A DNA stretch of 62,517 nucleotides, from contig NW_015172070.1 of NCBI RefSeq assembly GCF_001447785.1, positions 252,320 to 314,836 on the forward strand, written 5' to 3'. This stretch comes from Gekko japonicus. Taxonomy: Eukaryota. The first letter of the stretch is position 1. The number at the start of each line of letters is the position of its first letter. This document shows positions 1 to 13,500 of this stretch, piece by piece. The translations under genes were made by a program, and so were the position numbers. The notes under the pieces were generated by a model. The model did not search any database, was not told the origin of the DNA, and was given only the letters and a program-made list of their open reading frames with translations.

Positions 1-1083
1 GGTACCTGTCCATGAAAGAAAACAGGAGTTGTGTACCTTTCTAACTTTCTACAGAGGAAGGGAGGTAGATCCAGGGCACTTTCTTTCCCTGATGGCTTCC
101 CTCCAGCCTTTCAATGGGTGTCCAAAGATGGGCTGCCTCTGAACACAAAGGTCCCATTTAGCAACAGTTACTCCCAGAAATCTCCTCTTCCAGCAATTTC
201 TCAAATTGTCTTCCAACACAATCACGTAAACAGCTCTGCCAGATCAGACCAAAGGTCCCTCTTGTCCAGCATCAACATGAAGGCAACAGTCTTCTAGGCA
301 CATTGCACCAGCGGTTATTAGCCAGGAGAGATAAACGGAATTTCCAGGTTTAAAGGCAATCGATCCCCAAATACCAAGGAGACAAATTGGGCGGGGTCAC
401 ATTCGTGCCCTGCTTGGATGCTTCCCATTGGGGCACATGGCTGGTTGTCACGGGAAAAGGGATTGGTCTGGACAGAACTGAGCTGGATCTCCTGGTACTT
501 ACCTCACACTTCAAAAAGCCTAGAGACAAAAGCAGCCCACCTTTGAGCCTAGAGGCTCCACTGACCTTCTGCAGCTAGTTCTCGTTGATAAGACCTTGAA
601 TGTACTTGCCCTGCTAGTATCTAGTCCAGCACCGTTTCCAAAAGTGGGCAGACAAACACCAAGTGTCAACCTTTGTAGGAAAGGCACGCAAAGACCTCTC
701 CCCTGGTGCTTGGCATTCAGCAGAGACCCATCCCTCTGAACAGGAAACGTCAACTGACTTTTCATGGCTAATATCTGAATTTGCCGTGCACAATCAGACT
801 AAAGTGGGCCCCGCCAAGCCCAGTCCTGCCAACAATAGCAAAACAGCCGCTTTCATTATTTCCCTCTGCCCGTTGGGCACTGGGGTAGACTGCTTGAGAA
901 CGTGGAAGCTCCACAGAGCTCTTGCCAGGCCTTCCTCCCACCCGGCCCTTTATGCGGGGGGGGGGGGGGGGGGGAGGTGGAAAAGGGAAACAGGCACTTC
1001 GCTCCCAGACCCGAAAGAGAACTGCAGCTGACCAGCCGGCCTCCCTCTCCTTTACCCGGTGTGGGATAGACGCTCACTCTCAC

Positions 1084-1152
1084 CTGGTCGCCCCACAGCA
1101 GCATAAAGAGCAGCCATAAACCGAGCAAAGCCGGCCCCCTCGGAGCCATCAT
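1084..1152 (-). CDS. SPPL2B: Signal peptide peptidase-like 2B, first coding exon (signal peptide); gene continues off the left edge
   Basis: MMAPRGPALLGLWLLFMLLWGDQ is a hydrophobic signal peptide ending CAG|GTGAGA (phase 0). It is head-to-head with LSM7, as SPPL2B is in human. Identity rests mainly on synteny. Confidence 0.8.
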
Positions 1153-1482
1153 CGCCTCCTATTGTCTTGGCTAGTATTGCAGAGGGAAGCGGGGGGAGAA
1201 GGAGGGCGTCCGTCCCATTTCCGTTCCCGGCCGGAAGTCAAGGTGACGGTTACCCAGCAACCTAGCCCAGAAAAGCCGCTCCCTCGCGCTCTCTCTATGT
1301 TCTTGGGCTTTTCAATCTTCGGGTAGAACCGGAAGTGGTGTCTGTGCGCTCGCTTGTGTGTTCCGGGGAAGGGGTGGGGACTGGCGGCTCCAGTCCGAGG
1401 TGGTGATTGGAGGAAAGGAGGCGGGAACGGAAGGAACGTACGGTAAGCGGAGTCAGAGGGTGGGATGCCTGTGGAAAGCAAG
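1153..1482. promoter_or_regulatory. CpG-rich bidirectional promoter SPPL2B/LSM7
   Basis: About 330 bp between divergent ATGs, CpG-rich. ETS/GABP-type CCGGAAGT at ~1231 and ~1329. YY1-type CAAGATGGCG overlaps the LSM7 ATG. Confidence 0.8.
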
Positions 1483-4400
1483 ATGGCGGTGAGTAGCCGG
1501 GGAACAGGAAGACAGAAAGAATTGAAGGAGTTGTAGCGTAGGTTTATTTAAATAGAGGGGACGTGTCCCATTTAGGTGTATGCAGGGCAGTTCAATGTGG
1601 ACTTCCCATTTGGGGCTTCTGTATGGCCAGTGCTAGGAACAGAGTGCTGGACCAGGTGAATCCACCTTGGTCCTGTCTAGCAGGACTGCTCTGGAGTGCT
1701 CATTAGAAGAGGCTTAAGACATATTCATAGAATCTATCAGCAGCGATTGTCTCCAGCTCAGTAGAACCTCCATGTTGAGTGGTAGTCTACCTCTAGGACC
1801 AATTGGTGATAATTAATGGGAGGAACATTCACTTCTTGTTTGTGGGCTTTTGCACAATATGTGCAATAAAACAAATGCTCCAGAATGTACACAAGCAGGT
1901 CTTGTAGACAACAGCCTTCATTTTTTGACTTCTCTCCACAGCTCATAGCCAATGATAGAGTCTGACAAATCCCCCATTTAAATGTTTTTGTGCTAGTGGC
2001 CATCACCATTTGTGGCAGTGAGTTCCACAAGCCAAACACTTATTATGTGAAGTTGTACTTTATTTTTTCAGGCTTGAGTCTGATGTCAGATGGAATCATG
2101 GGATAACCCTGAGTACTGCAAGGTCTAGTATTGGCTGCTGTTGGGAACTGACTGAGGTGGACCCTGAGTGAAATCCAGCAGAACTCTGCTTATAAAACAT
2201 TAGACAAGTTCATAGAGGATAGGTGCATCATAGTGTTTCAATGGAACCTCCATGTACAGTGGCATTGTACTGAGTATTCAGATACATCTCTGAGTACTGT
2301 CTGCCAGAAGACTAACAGCAGGGATGAACTGTTTTCTTCTTGCTTTGCTTATGGGCTTCTTAGAGGAATCTGGCTGATTACTGTTGGGAATAGGATGTTA
2401 GATAAGATGGGCGCACTCTGATCTGATCCTGTTTGGTTACGTCTCATACTGTATCTTGTATTTCCCTTCTGACTTTAGGACAAAGAAAAGAAGAAGAAGG
2501 AGAGCATTTTGGACCTCTCCAAGTACATTGACAAAACCATCCGTGTCAAATTCCAAGGTGGTCGGGAAGGTAAGCTCCATTCTTGGGCTTGTCTGCATAA
2601 AATTTCTGGTATTCTGAAACTGTGTGCATTGCAACTAATGGGGATTATATCCATGGCTCAGTGGAACTAGACCTAGTTTATGTGCAGAAAGTTCCCATGC
2701 TTTCTGAAAGTCCTCAGCTAAAAGAGATGTCAGGGAGCAACTGGTGTGAAAGACCTTTTCATGCTGGATAATCACAGCTAGTCGGAGGACAGAAGACACT
2801 TTAAGATAAGGGGACTCTTGGTCTGTCTCTGTATAAAATAGCTTTATATGCATGTAAGGAAAGTAGACACTTCTGCTCTTAGCCAAAGAGCTTGTAATTC
2901 AGTGGTCAAACTAATCTTTTCTATGCCTCCAGGTTCAATCCCTGGCATTTGCTGTTAAAGGAACTCAGGAGGTGATGGGAAAGACCTTTCTCTGTGTGAA
3001 GCCTTGGAGAGTTATTGCTAGATAGAAGAGACAGTACTAAGCTAGAGGGATCATGGGTCTGACTCTATAAGGCTGCTCCATATGATCTTGTGGAACTCAA
3101 AACACTGAAGTAGTTGAGCGCACACTGGACCTTATGAGGTGCAGTAGGCAAACATGGAAATGGACCTATCTGAACATAGGAGAGCAAGAGTGGTGTAGTG
3201 GTTAGAGTGTCAGACTAGGATCTGGGAGACTCAGGTTAAAATCCCCACTCGGCTATGGAAGCTTGCTGGGCGACACATTCCCAACGTGATCTATTTATTT
3301 ATTTATTTATCTATTTATCAATCATATTTATACCCCGCCCATCCCATGAACGGCTCAGGGCGGCTAACAAAGCGGTACCATGTACCTAATAATATACCAT
3401 AACATCTTAAAAACTCTATAAAATCACATGCTCAATTCAGCACATAAGTTAACAATTAACAATAAAGTGCATACAGTAATAGAATTAGATGGCGTATCCC
3501 AGATCTCCATCTCTGATCATCATCCATCGCTCCGCTGGTCCTGGCGGCTGGACCTGGGATCCAAGCTTTCACTAGAATCATTGGTGGTAACAGTAGTGGC
3601 GGCTCCTATTGGAAAGCCTGGCGGAAGAGCTCCGTCTTGCAGGCCCTGCGGAACTGAAAAAACTGTAAACTGTAATCTACCTCACAGTGAGAATAAAATA
3701 GAGTACAGGAGAACAATGTAAGCCACTTTAGGTTCCCACTGGGTGCGGTCAGACGGCGTGCTGGGAGCGGTTTAAATTGCTCCACTCCCGATGCGGGTTT
3801 TTTTTTAACCTGGAGAATCGCAATCACATTCACCTCCTTGTTCCAGATCGCTGCGCAGCCACATCGCTCCCTGCCGTCCACACGCGGGAGCATGCGAAAG
3901 TGTTCTTTTTTTTCTCTCTGTTTGGGCATGTGCACAGGCGGCCCATCTGTAGAATTGAAATTTTCACGTGTGCGCAGAACAGCAATTTCCACTTCAACCC
4001 AACTGCTGTAACACTTCCCTTTAAACTTTAAAGGAACACTTCCCTTTAAACTTTTACCCTGAAACTGGCCTCCATGAGATCCCCAGCTCGTCTAACCAAC
4101 AAAACTAGGCACCGTTTAAACATTGTTTTTAATAACGCGGGAGTCGAGCTCCGCCTGTGCCCATACCACCGATGCTAAAATAAAATGGTGAGTGAAGAGC
4201 GGAAGCCTTGGGCTTCCAAGCAGAAATGGCTTGACACCGCAGGAGCGATCAGACGTCAGAAAAGTGCTGCTAGAACCGGAGAATCAGGAAAACACCACTT
4301 GGGGATCTGGTAACAAAATACTCCGTTTTAAAGGGGGTTTGAGCAGGAAAGCGACGGCTGGGGATGGTGCGCAGATGTTGGGTGTGTGATCGTGGATATA

Positions 4401-5645
4401 AAATCCGTTACTGAAGCGTGCTGAAAGTGGACTAAACGGCCCGTCTGAACACACCCACTGAGAAGGATGGTAGGGAATAAATGAAGTAAATAAGTATGAT
4501 ACAGCCTCATAATGAGTGGGACTATTGGTATAACCGGACTGACAGCAACTCTCCAGGATCTCATGCAGCAAGAAAACCTTTCTCAGCACTTTCTGCCTGA
4601 GATACTTTGGCTTACAAAATAGGTGTTGCCATTGGGCCGTGGTCTCTTCCTCTAAATTACAATCAGCTCTGGACAGTTAATGAGGGTTTCTGAACTTTTC
4701 CCCCTCCTCCTTTGACAGCTAGTGGTGTCCTGAAGGGATTTGACCCTCTTCTCAACCTTGTGTTGGATGGTACCATCGAGTACATGAGAGGTATGTACAA
4801 GACCAGATGAAGTGGAATGTAGTTAGGACAGCAAGGGGCAGTGGTCTCTGAATTGCTGTTCCCAAACATGGAGGCTTCTCTTTCTTTCTCTCTTTACTCC
4901 CCTGACATACAGGTCTTGGGTAGTATTAATCCCATCTACAGATAAAAGGAAAAATTCAAGCCAGAGAGGACAGGCTATGCCATATTACAGAAGATGTCTT
5001 ATCACAAGCTTCCCGAGCTGTCATGGCCTGAACAAGGAAATTAGCTAAGAAAAGAATATTTGCTTGCCTAGAATCCATTAAAAATTTAGTAACTAAAATA
5101 CAGGGGAAGTTTGTTTTCCTGGCACATAAGCGGCTTGATCCATTTCTCTCTAGCCTCCTTGTACTATGGGCATTCAAATAAAACATGTTTCACAGTTTCT
5201 GTGATTCCTAAATCACAATAGCTCACAGCCAGTGTTAAGCCTGCCCAAACACTGGTCATTTTCTGCATCCTCCAGAGATGCCCTTATTATTTATCCTGGA
5301 AAATCCTCCTTTGGCTGGGGGTGTTCTAATCCTTTTTTAAAAAATGGACGGATGAAGGGAGCAGGTTGATGGTCATAGATGATCCTCTGCCTTTGGGCTG
5401 ATGGTCAGAATCTGAATGCTTTCTGGTCTCTCTTGAGCCTGAAGTCAAGTGTGCCTGTAAAGAGGATGCAGTCTTATAACTGTTTCTGGGTTTCCCTTTC
5501 AGATCCAGATGACCAATACAAGCTCACAGAGGACACTCGTCAGCTGGGATTGGTAGTCTGCCGAGGAACATCTGTGGTCCTTATCTGTCCTCAGGATGGG
5601 ATGGAAGCCATTCCAAATCCATTTATCCAACAGCAGGATGGCTAG
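1483..5645 (+). CDS. LSM7: U6 snRNA-associated Sm-like protein LSm7; exons 1483-1488, 2479-2569, 4719-4790, 5503-5645 (312 nt, 103 aa)
   Basis: Spliced translation MA|DKEKKKKESILDLSKYIDKTIRVKFQGGRE|ASGVLKGFDPLLNLVLDGTIEYMR|DPDDQYKLTEDTRQLGLVVCRGTSVVLICPQDGMEAIPNPFIQQQDG*. All introns are GT-AG with consistent phases. Confidence 0.97.
3741..4456. mobile_element. Non-autonomous DNA transposon (PIF/Harbinger-like) inserted in a SINE tail within LSM7 intron 2
   Basis: Imperfect TIRs GGGTGCGGTCAGACGG...CCGTCTGAACACACCC with a 3-bp flanking repeat ACT. Confidence 0.55.
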
Positions 5646-6639
5646 CCTCTTTCTTGAACACTCGAGAGGACTGCCAGAGCTACCCCCCCCCCACCTAAAG
5701 CCTCTTTGAAAGGGGAAATTATTTGTATTTTTTTATATAGGAGAAGGACCTTATGTTTGTGGTTTTGTTTTGTTTTTTTACTTTCTGGTTTGGCACTGAT
5801 TACAGCCCATAAAACCCCTCTATTTATCTGGGAGGAGTTCAAGTCCTGTACAAGGAAATGACCTCTCTTGTTGCTTCAAGCCAGCACCCCTGACTCCAGT
5901 CTTGAGTGTTATAACCTTTGGAGTCAGCCACAGAGCAAGAGGCTCAGTATGATATTGCAGCAGGAGATGTTTGAGGATTTTTCTTTCTTCCTCTCCTGGG
6001 CCAAGGTGAGCCCTCCCAAGCCAGTGTTGTTACTTTGCATTCATTTAGGAACCATCAGGGTTTCTTTTTCCTCAGAAAAAGCTGAGGGGAAGAATGGAAC
6101 AGAAGTCCTACCTGCTTTCTTTAAGCTCCAAATAAAGGGGCAGTGGTAATTTTTGCATCATGTATTCAAGTGAACAGCCCCTTTGTGGAATATTTGTGGG
6201 GTTTTGTTTTGTTTTGTTCCTGTTTGGAGGAGAATTCCTGGATTCAGAAATAAAAGTTCATTTCTGAACACATTTTTGCTTCCAAGAGTGTTGCTTTGGT
6301 ATTTGAAAGCTGTTGGGTGGTCCCCATCAAATGAAAAGTGGTTGTTTCTTAGACTATCCCCATCAAACTTAAGTGATTGTTTCTTGGACTGTCCATTGTG
6401 GATACTTACATCCAAACATCTTTCGACACTTATACAAATAATTTTAGAGTCCTCTGATACAGCTGTAATTCAGATTTGAAAGTGAGATTCTCTTTAAAAA
6501 AAACACATCATTTAAGGGAGAGAGCTTCATACTCATTTTGCTTGGATCTGCATGGTTAGCAATCAGGATGTGTTGGAAGTGAATAGGAGGTCTGGTCCTT
6601 GGATAAAAGTGAGCTGTAAAATATTTTAAATAAGGTCCG

Positions 6640-7510
6640 AAAGTCAGTGTCCAGCAGTTCCTATTGAAGGATCTGAAATAGCCAGTGTTGAGAAATCGGA
6701 AAGCATCTATTCTTCAGCGCTCTGCCATCCTTATGGTCCAACTTTCTCAGCCATACATTACTACTGGGAATACCATTGCTTTGGCCGTACGGACTTTTAT
6801 TGGCAGGGTGATGTCTCTACTTTTTATTATGCTGTCTAGGTTTGCCATAGCTTTCCTCCCAAGGCACAGGCGTCTTTTAATTTCATGGCTGCAGTCACCA
6901 TCTGCAGTGATCTTGGATCCCAGGAACGTGAAGTCTGTCACTGCTTCCGTGACTTCCCCTTCTATTTGCCAAGGAGTGATGGGGCCGGATGCCATGATCT
7001 TCGTTTTTTTGATGTTGAGTTTCAAGCCAACTTGTGTGCTTTCCTCTTTCACTCAAAGCAAGAGGCTCTTTAGGTCCTCTTCACTTTCTGCCATTAGAGT
7101 GGTATTGTCTGCATATCTGAGGTTTTTGATGTTTTCCCCGGCAATCTTAATTCCAGCTTCTGATTCATCCAGGTCGGCATTTCGCATGATGTACTCTGCA
7201 TATAAATTAAATAAGCAGGGTGACAATATACATCCTTGTCATACTCCTTTTCCTATGCTAAACCAATCAGTTGTTCCATATCCACTTCTAACTGTCGCTT
7301 CTTGACCCTTATACAGGTTTCTCAGGAGACACGTGAGGTGGTCTGGTACTCCCATCTCTTTAAGGACCTGCCATAGTTTGTTGTGATCCACACAGTCAAA
7401 GGCTTTAGCATACTCAATGACGCAGAAGATGATGTTTTTCTGCTACTCCCTTGCTTTCTCCGTAATCCAGCGAATGTTGGCAATTCGATCTCTAGTTCCT
7501 CTACCTCTTC
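6640..7510 (-). mobile_element. Bov-B (RTE) LINE reverse transcriptase fragment
   Basis: ORF 6747-7052 (GLKLNIKKTKIMASGPITPWQI...DFTFLGSKITADGDCSHEIKRRL...KAMVFPVVMYG) is typical of the Bov-B RT C-terminal region. Confidence 0.9.
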
Positions 7511-7894
7511 TTTTAACTACCATCTTTTAACTGTTTTAACTGGTTTTATTGCTTAATATCTACTTTTAATTGCATATTGATTGTAATTTATTGTAACCTG
7601 CCCTGAGCCCGCTCATGGGAAGGGTGGGATATAAATCTAAGTAAATAAAGAAGTATTAATGCACTGCTGACATGAAGAACAGGCAATGCAAGATCTCCCA
7701 TCGTAACACCACATTCAGAGATGTGAGATTTCTGGAAACTTTGGCAGCAACGACTAGAGCCAACTGCAAAGCTCCCTTTTCTTATTGCCAAGCTCTAGTG
7801 GATTCTCTGCTGTGTTATTGGCCACTGAAAAATGGAAAAGAGTGACTGCCCTCCACCATCCTCCTCTTTCATTGCCACACAAGTGCCACGGGGA

Positions 7895-8288
7895 CCAAGC
7901 CCTATGAGGAAAGGCTTGAGGGACTTGGGAACAATTCAGTCTGGAGAAGAGGAGGCTGAGGGGGGACATGATTGTTCTCTTGAAGTATTTGAAGGGCTGC
8001 TACTTAAAGGAGGGCACAGAGCTGTTCCTGTTGGCAGCAGAGGATAGGACTCACAATAGTGGGTTTAAATCACTAGCAGAAAAGTACCGGTGGGATATTA
8101 GCAATTTTTTTTTTACAGTATGAGTAGTTCAGCACTGGAATTGGCTGCCTAAGGAGTTGTCCCCTCAGTGGCACCGGCTGGACGAACCCTTGTCAGGGAT
8201 GCTTTAGACTGATCCTGCCTTGAGCCGGAGGGGGGGTGTTGGACTAGATGGCCTCTATGACGCCTTCCAACTCTATGATTCTATGAGA
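7895..8288 (+). mobile_element. CR1 LINE 3' fragment
   Basis: CCCTATGAGGAAAGGCT...CTGGAGAAGAGGAGGCTGAGGGGGGACATGAT...TTCCAACTCTATGATTCTATGA is the characteristic CR1 3' end. Confidence 0.85.
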
Positions 8289-8399
8289 TTGGCCATTTAA
8301 TTACACTGATGCAATTCCTTAAAGCTGGAAGTGAATAATTATACCAAAGCAGCTTTCACTTGTTGACAAAAGGTTAAGACGCATGTGATACTTTCTTGA

Positions 8400-8692
8400 A
8401 AAAGAGCAGTTTCTGTCAGAGCTCTCTCAGCCCCACCTACCTCACAGGGTGTCTGTTGTGGGGAGTGGAAGGGAAAGGAGCTTGTAAGTTGCTCCAAGAC
8501 ACCTTTGGGTCGTGAAGGGTGGGGTATAAATCCAATCTCTTCTTCTCTCAAGGGCAGTTTCTGTCAAGAGCTCTCTCAGCCCCACCCACCTCACAGGGCG
8601 TCTGTTGTGGGGAGAGGAAGGGAAAGGAGTTTGTAAGCCGCTCTGAGATACCTTTGGGTAGCAAAGAACGGGGTATAAATCCAAACTCTTCT
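8400..8692 (+). mobile_element. Two tandem 3' fragments of a tRNA-derived squamate SINE
   Basis: Repeated CTCTCAGCCCCACC..CCTCACAGGG.GTCTGTTGTGGGG...GGGTATAAATCCAA.CTCTTCTT. Same family as 22545-22818, 37058-37336 and 60643-60918. Confidence 0.7.
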
Positions 8693-9110
8693 TAGAACCC
8701 AGGCCTAAAAAACGGTTCCGTTGTATAAACGCACACAAGAAAGAACAGCGCTTTACCTACTCTTGACAGCCAGGAGCAAAGAACCATGGGAGTCAGGTCA
8801 GGCATCTTCCTCTAGTCATCAGGCAAGCAAACATTTGCTGGAAGCGACCGGGTTTATATAGCATTCCTCCCAAGCCCCCCCCCCTCCCAATTCTTTCTTA
8901 CCAGCCAAGCAAACTGTGACAATAGGCCTGGATAAGTTATGTGGATAATCAGAGCAACCACAGAGACAAGGAGGGTCTAATTTTAGGGTTAATGAATAAT
9001 TTCTATTTCTGTCCCAGTCTGGCAGCCACAGTCTCGAGGCCTCGATGTGAGCCAAGAAACTTGAGGAGGGAGGGCTGGAGGGGAGACGGCCCTCTTTATA
9101 AGCAGCAAAA

Positions 9111-10544
9111 ATGGACGGCGTAGAGGAGACTGAGGAGCCAGCCGACCAGGCCAAGCCAGAAAATGACACTGTCCTGGAGGTTGGGACTGAGCTCTTCCCC
9201 GTCAACAGGTGGGACTTGGCCCGCCACAGCCGGTACTTCGAGGCCATGTTCTACGGGGGCACCCGAGAGCGCGGCGAAAAGCACATCTTGATCAGGGGGG
9301 TTGAGACGGAGCCGTTCCGGGCCCTTCTCGACTTTGCCCAGACGGGCACAATCGCCATCACCCGCCACAATGTGGCCAGCCTAGTGGAGACGGCCGACTT
9401 CCTCCAGTTCGACAGTGTGAAGAGACGCTGCGAGACGTTTCTGGAGAGGGAGCTGCACGTCTCCAACTGCCTCAGCCTGATGGCCTACGCGAAGCAGTTC
9501 GCTTGTGCTGACCTCTACACGGCGGCCCTCGCTGTCGCGCTCAGTCACTGGACAGAGGTGGCCGCTCAAGAGGAATTTGAAGACCTCCCCAAGGCCTCGC
9601 TGGTGGAGCTGCTGCAGAGCGACGAGCTCTTTGTGGCCCGGGAGGACGTGGTCTTTGACACGGTGATGCGTTGGGTGGCGGCGGAGCCAGCGGGCAGGGA
9701 GCAGGACTTTCTGGAGCTTGTGAGCCTGGTCAGGGTCTCTTTCCTGAGCCTCTCCTTCTTGGACCTCCTGGTGAAGCGCAGCAAGCGGGCCGGGCAGGAC
9801 TTTACAGCCAGCCTGGTGAAGAAGCTTGACAGCTGCCCACCCCCCAGTTGGAAGGACGTGGCCCAGTTGCCCTGCGTCAGCCGAAGCTACGAGACCCTCT
9901 ACGTCCTGGCCGGGAAACACGACAAAGAGCAGCAGGAGCTTTTCCAGTTTCACCCCAAGAGCGCCACGTGGCAGGCCTGCGCTCCGCTCCAGCGCAAGAA
10001 CCTCACCCAGTATGCCCTGGCTGCAGTAGGTAACTGCCTGCTGGGAGGGCTTGGTTGGGGCATAGGCTTGCCAGCCTCCAGGTGGAGCTTGGAGTTTTGC
10101 AACCTTGCTGGGGAGGCCTGGTGGGGGCAAGCCTGCCAACTTGGGGGAATCACAGGCCAAGAGGCATGTGTGCCATGCTCTGCAGCTTGCCCACTCATCC
10201 CGGGGGGGCCTTATTGTGCATATTTGGAAATAGTGAGCAAATGATGCCTGTTCTAACGCACCGTTGGTTCAAGTCTAAGCCCTGGGCCACAAGAGGGGAA
10301 AGATGGTCAGAGTCTTTTCCTTGCCTTCAAACAACTCTCCCAGGCAGAATCCCGTAGCTAGGGATTTTGGGGGGAGGGGGCCGGGGGGGTGTCTCAGCTA
10401 ATTAAATCAAAGTCAATCACATTAATTCAATTTGGGACTGGCCTGGGAGAGAGGGGGCCAAGAGGAAATGCTAGGGGGCCAGGCCCCGCGTTAGCTATGG
10501 GCCTGGTAAGTATCTCTCTGCAATGTACTCTTTTTGTGTGTATT

Positions 10545-10575
<31 letters not shown>

Positions 10576-13500
10576 ACTTGTGAGCCTGGAAGTCATGGTG
10601 ACCTCTGGCAACTCCTAGCGGGGCTAGGACGTTTCAGAGAGGTGGCTTGATAACCTGCCTCTGCGTCCTGCCCCTGGTATTCCTTGGAGGTCACCCTTCC
10701 AAGTACTTGCCAGGGTCGGCCCCGCTGAGCTTCCGAGGTCTGACGAGATCGAGATTTCCTGGGCTCTCCAGGTCAGGGCTCTGCAATGTACTCTTGAAGC
10801 GAAGAAGAGGAGGAGGAGAGGAGATTGGATTTATACCCTGCCCTTCACTATCCAAAGGAGTCTGAGCGGCTTAAAATCTCCTTTCCTTTCCCTTCCCCAC
10901 AACAGACACCCTGTGAGCAGTGTTCTCTCTAAGATGAGTTAGTGTGAGCTAGCTTACAGTTTTTTAGCCTCCAGCTCACACATTTTTGTCTTAGCTCAGG
11001 AAGGATGGCTCCAGAGCAAACTGATTTCTGCAGTAGCCAAATTGCTCGCTCACCAGTTTGATGCCAGTAGCTCACAAAGTAGAATTTTTGCTCACAAGGC
11101 CCCACAGCTTAGAGGGAGCATTGCCTGTGGGGTAGGTTTCCTTGTTATAAACCCCTGCTTTCCATTCATCCTGGCCAGCCTCAGAATAGACAGACAAGCG
11201 CATGCAGTACCTGGTAGGCAGCACCTTACGGTTTCCAAAAGCTATGCTACAGGATTTCCCCAAGCCACTGGATAAAACTGACAGGCAGTATATTCAGTAC
11301 ACCCTGACCTGGATATCCCAGGCTAGCCCGATCTCATCAGACCTTGGAAGCTAAGCAGGGTCACCCCTGGTCTGCATTTGGAAGGGAGCCCACCCAGGAT
11401 TTACCAGGGTTGTGATGCGGAGGCAGGCAATGGCAAACCACCTGTGAACGTCTCTTGCCTTGAAAACCCTATGGGTTCACCATGTCAGCTGTGACTTAAC
11501 AGCAAAAAAACCATATTCGGTACAGATGATAGAGTTAACACGTGGAACTCGCTGCCACATGAGAGACACCAGCTTCAAGGCACCTTTATGAAAGAGGTCT
11601 ATCAGCCTCAGTAGCTAAAATGGAACTTTTGTATAAGTAGTGCACTATGGAATGCAAGCTGCTGAAGGGTGGGAAAATACAGCAGAAAACTGCCGCCCTC
11701 TTGAGCCAGTTATAGGCGTCCCTTTGAGGGCATCCTGCTGGACCCTGCTACCCTTAGAAGGTACACTGCTTTTGGACATGGAGGTTCCCATTCAAACTCT
11801 TGGTATGTTTGTCTAATGGCATCTAAGCTGGAGGACATATCCACGTCTTGTGGCAACAAACTCCATTGCTTCATTTATGCGCTGTATAAAGAATGGCTTT
11901 CTTTCATATGTCCTGGACAATTGCGCTTAACACTTTCAACCAGATTGCCCAGAACAGATGGTACGTTGTTATACCTGCAATTTCCCAGCTCCCTGTTATT
12001 TTAAGGGGGGGGGGGTTACATCAGCTACTTCATGCCAGTGCCAAATTTAGCAACAGGTTGTATATTTTGTATGTTCTTCCACCAGGGAATTTCCTCTTTG
12101 TGACGGGGGGTTACTTCCGGGAGGAGTTTGTATGGTATACTGTGGACTGGGTGTTGATCTATAACAGCTGGGACAACAGCTGGCTGGAGGGACCGGCCAT
12201 GAAGAAGGCCCGAAACAGCCACTGCGCCGTGGGAGTCGGCTTCCACCTTTATGTCATGGGAGGCAGCACTGAAGACGGCATCATCCCAGACGTCGAGCGT
12301 TTGGCCCCAAATGACTCCAGCTGGGAGGCCACGAGCCAGTTGGTGCACCCTGTGGAACGTGCGGGGGCCGTCAGCGTGGGGACCCACATTTACGTGATCT
12401 GCGGACTGGATGAGAACGGAGACGTGTGCAGCGCCGTGCAGAGGCTGGATGTGGAGACCGACGTTTGGGATGTCATCTCTTTCTCTCCACTTCCTAGGTG
12501 AGTGGATCTGGCCTGGATCTCTGCTGAAAGTGCAAAAAATATGGTGGTGGTGGAAAGTACCGGCAAGTCATAGGCAGCTTATGGCAACCTTGCAGGGTTT
12601 TTAAGGCAAGAGACGTTCAGAGGTGGTTTGCCATTGCCTGCCTTTGTGTGGTGATCCTGGTATTCCTTGGTGGTCTCCCATCCAAATATTAACCAGGGCC
12701 GATCCTGCTTAGCTTCCAAGATCAGGCTCGCTTGGGCCATCCTCCAGGTCAGGGCAAAATGTCCAAAAACCTTCTGATGAGCAGGAGACAATTCAGAGGC
12801 ATTGTATTTATTCAATACCACAGCACTGCAGTGTGTATTCAACACTCTTGCACTGCAGAAGAGCAATATCTGGTACAGAGCAGAGAATTCGGTACGATTC
12901 CAGCTTGCAAGCTTTCTGACCCTTATGAATGTACCAAGATCGGATTCAAATGCACTGGGGGTCTGCAAAGTGACTTCAAGTATGTAAATGATACCTGTTC
13001 AAAGGTATGGTTTTAAGTAGGAAGCACTGAGGCAGGCAATAAGCTTTCAACTGCCCTACAAGGTAGGAAGCATTATACCCATTTTGCAAAGGGAAAAGGT
13101 CAGAGGCTTGTCTAAGGCCACCTTGTGGCTCAAGCGAGATTTTAAGCGGCTCTTTTTAAGTAGGACCAATTTCACACAAGAACTGTGCCGCGGTTAAAAT
13201 TGTTAAAAACAATTTACTTTGCTTTGATAGTTATTAAGAACAGAATACGAAAAAGAAATTGAATAGATGGTTAGAATGTTACCTGAAAAATTGATAATGA
13301 ATATGAATATGTAATGATGAATTGAAAAAAAGAAGAAGTTTTAATGTAAACTAAGAATTGAGCAGTGAAAAGGAAAATGAGGGGGTGGGAGCATTGCGGA
13401 AGGCCAAGAGAAGGGGGGGGGGAGGAGATACGAGAAAAGGGTATATGTTGAAAGAAAAGTTGTAATATTGAACATTTTGTTATATCCGAATAATAAAAAA

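Noticed and set aside
6685-7305. 206-aa + strand ORF
   Set aside because: Antisense shadow of the Bov-B reverse transcriptase fragment.
9381-10160. 259-aa - strand ORF
   Set aside because: Antisense to the GC3-rich Kelch exon 1; no recognisable domain.
10030-10244. C-terminal 70 aa of the 377-aa ORF
   Set aside because: Read-through past the GTAACT donor; the kelch repeat continues in exon 12086.
11325-11400. 5S rRNA gene
   Set aside because: Partial, diverged and fused to a SINE tail; dispersed copies lie in both orientations.
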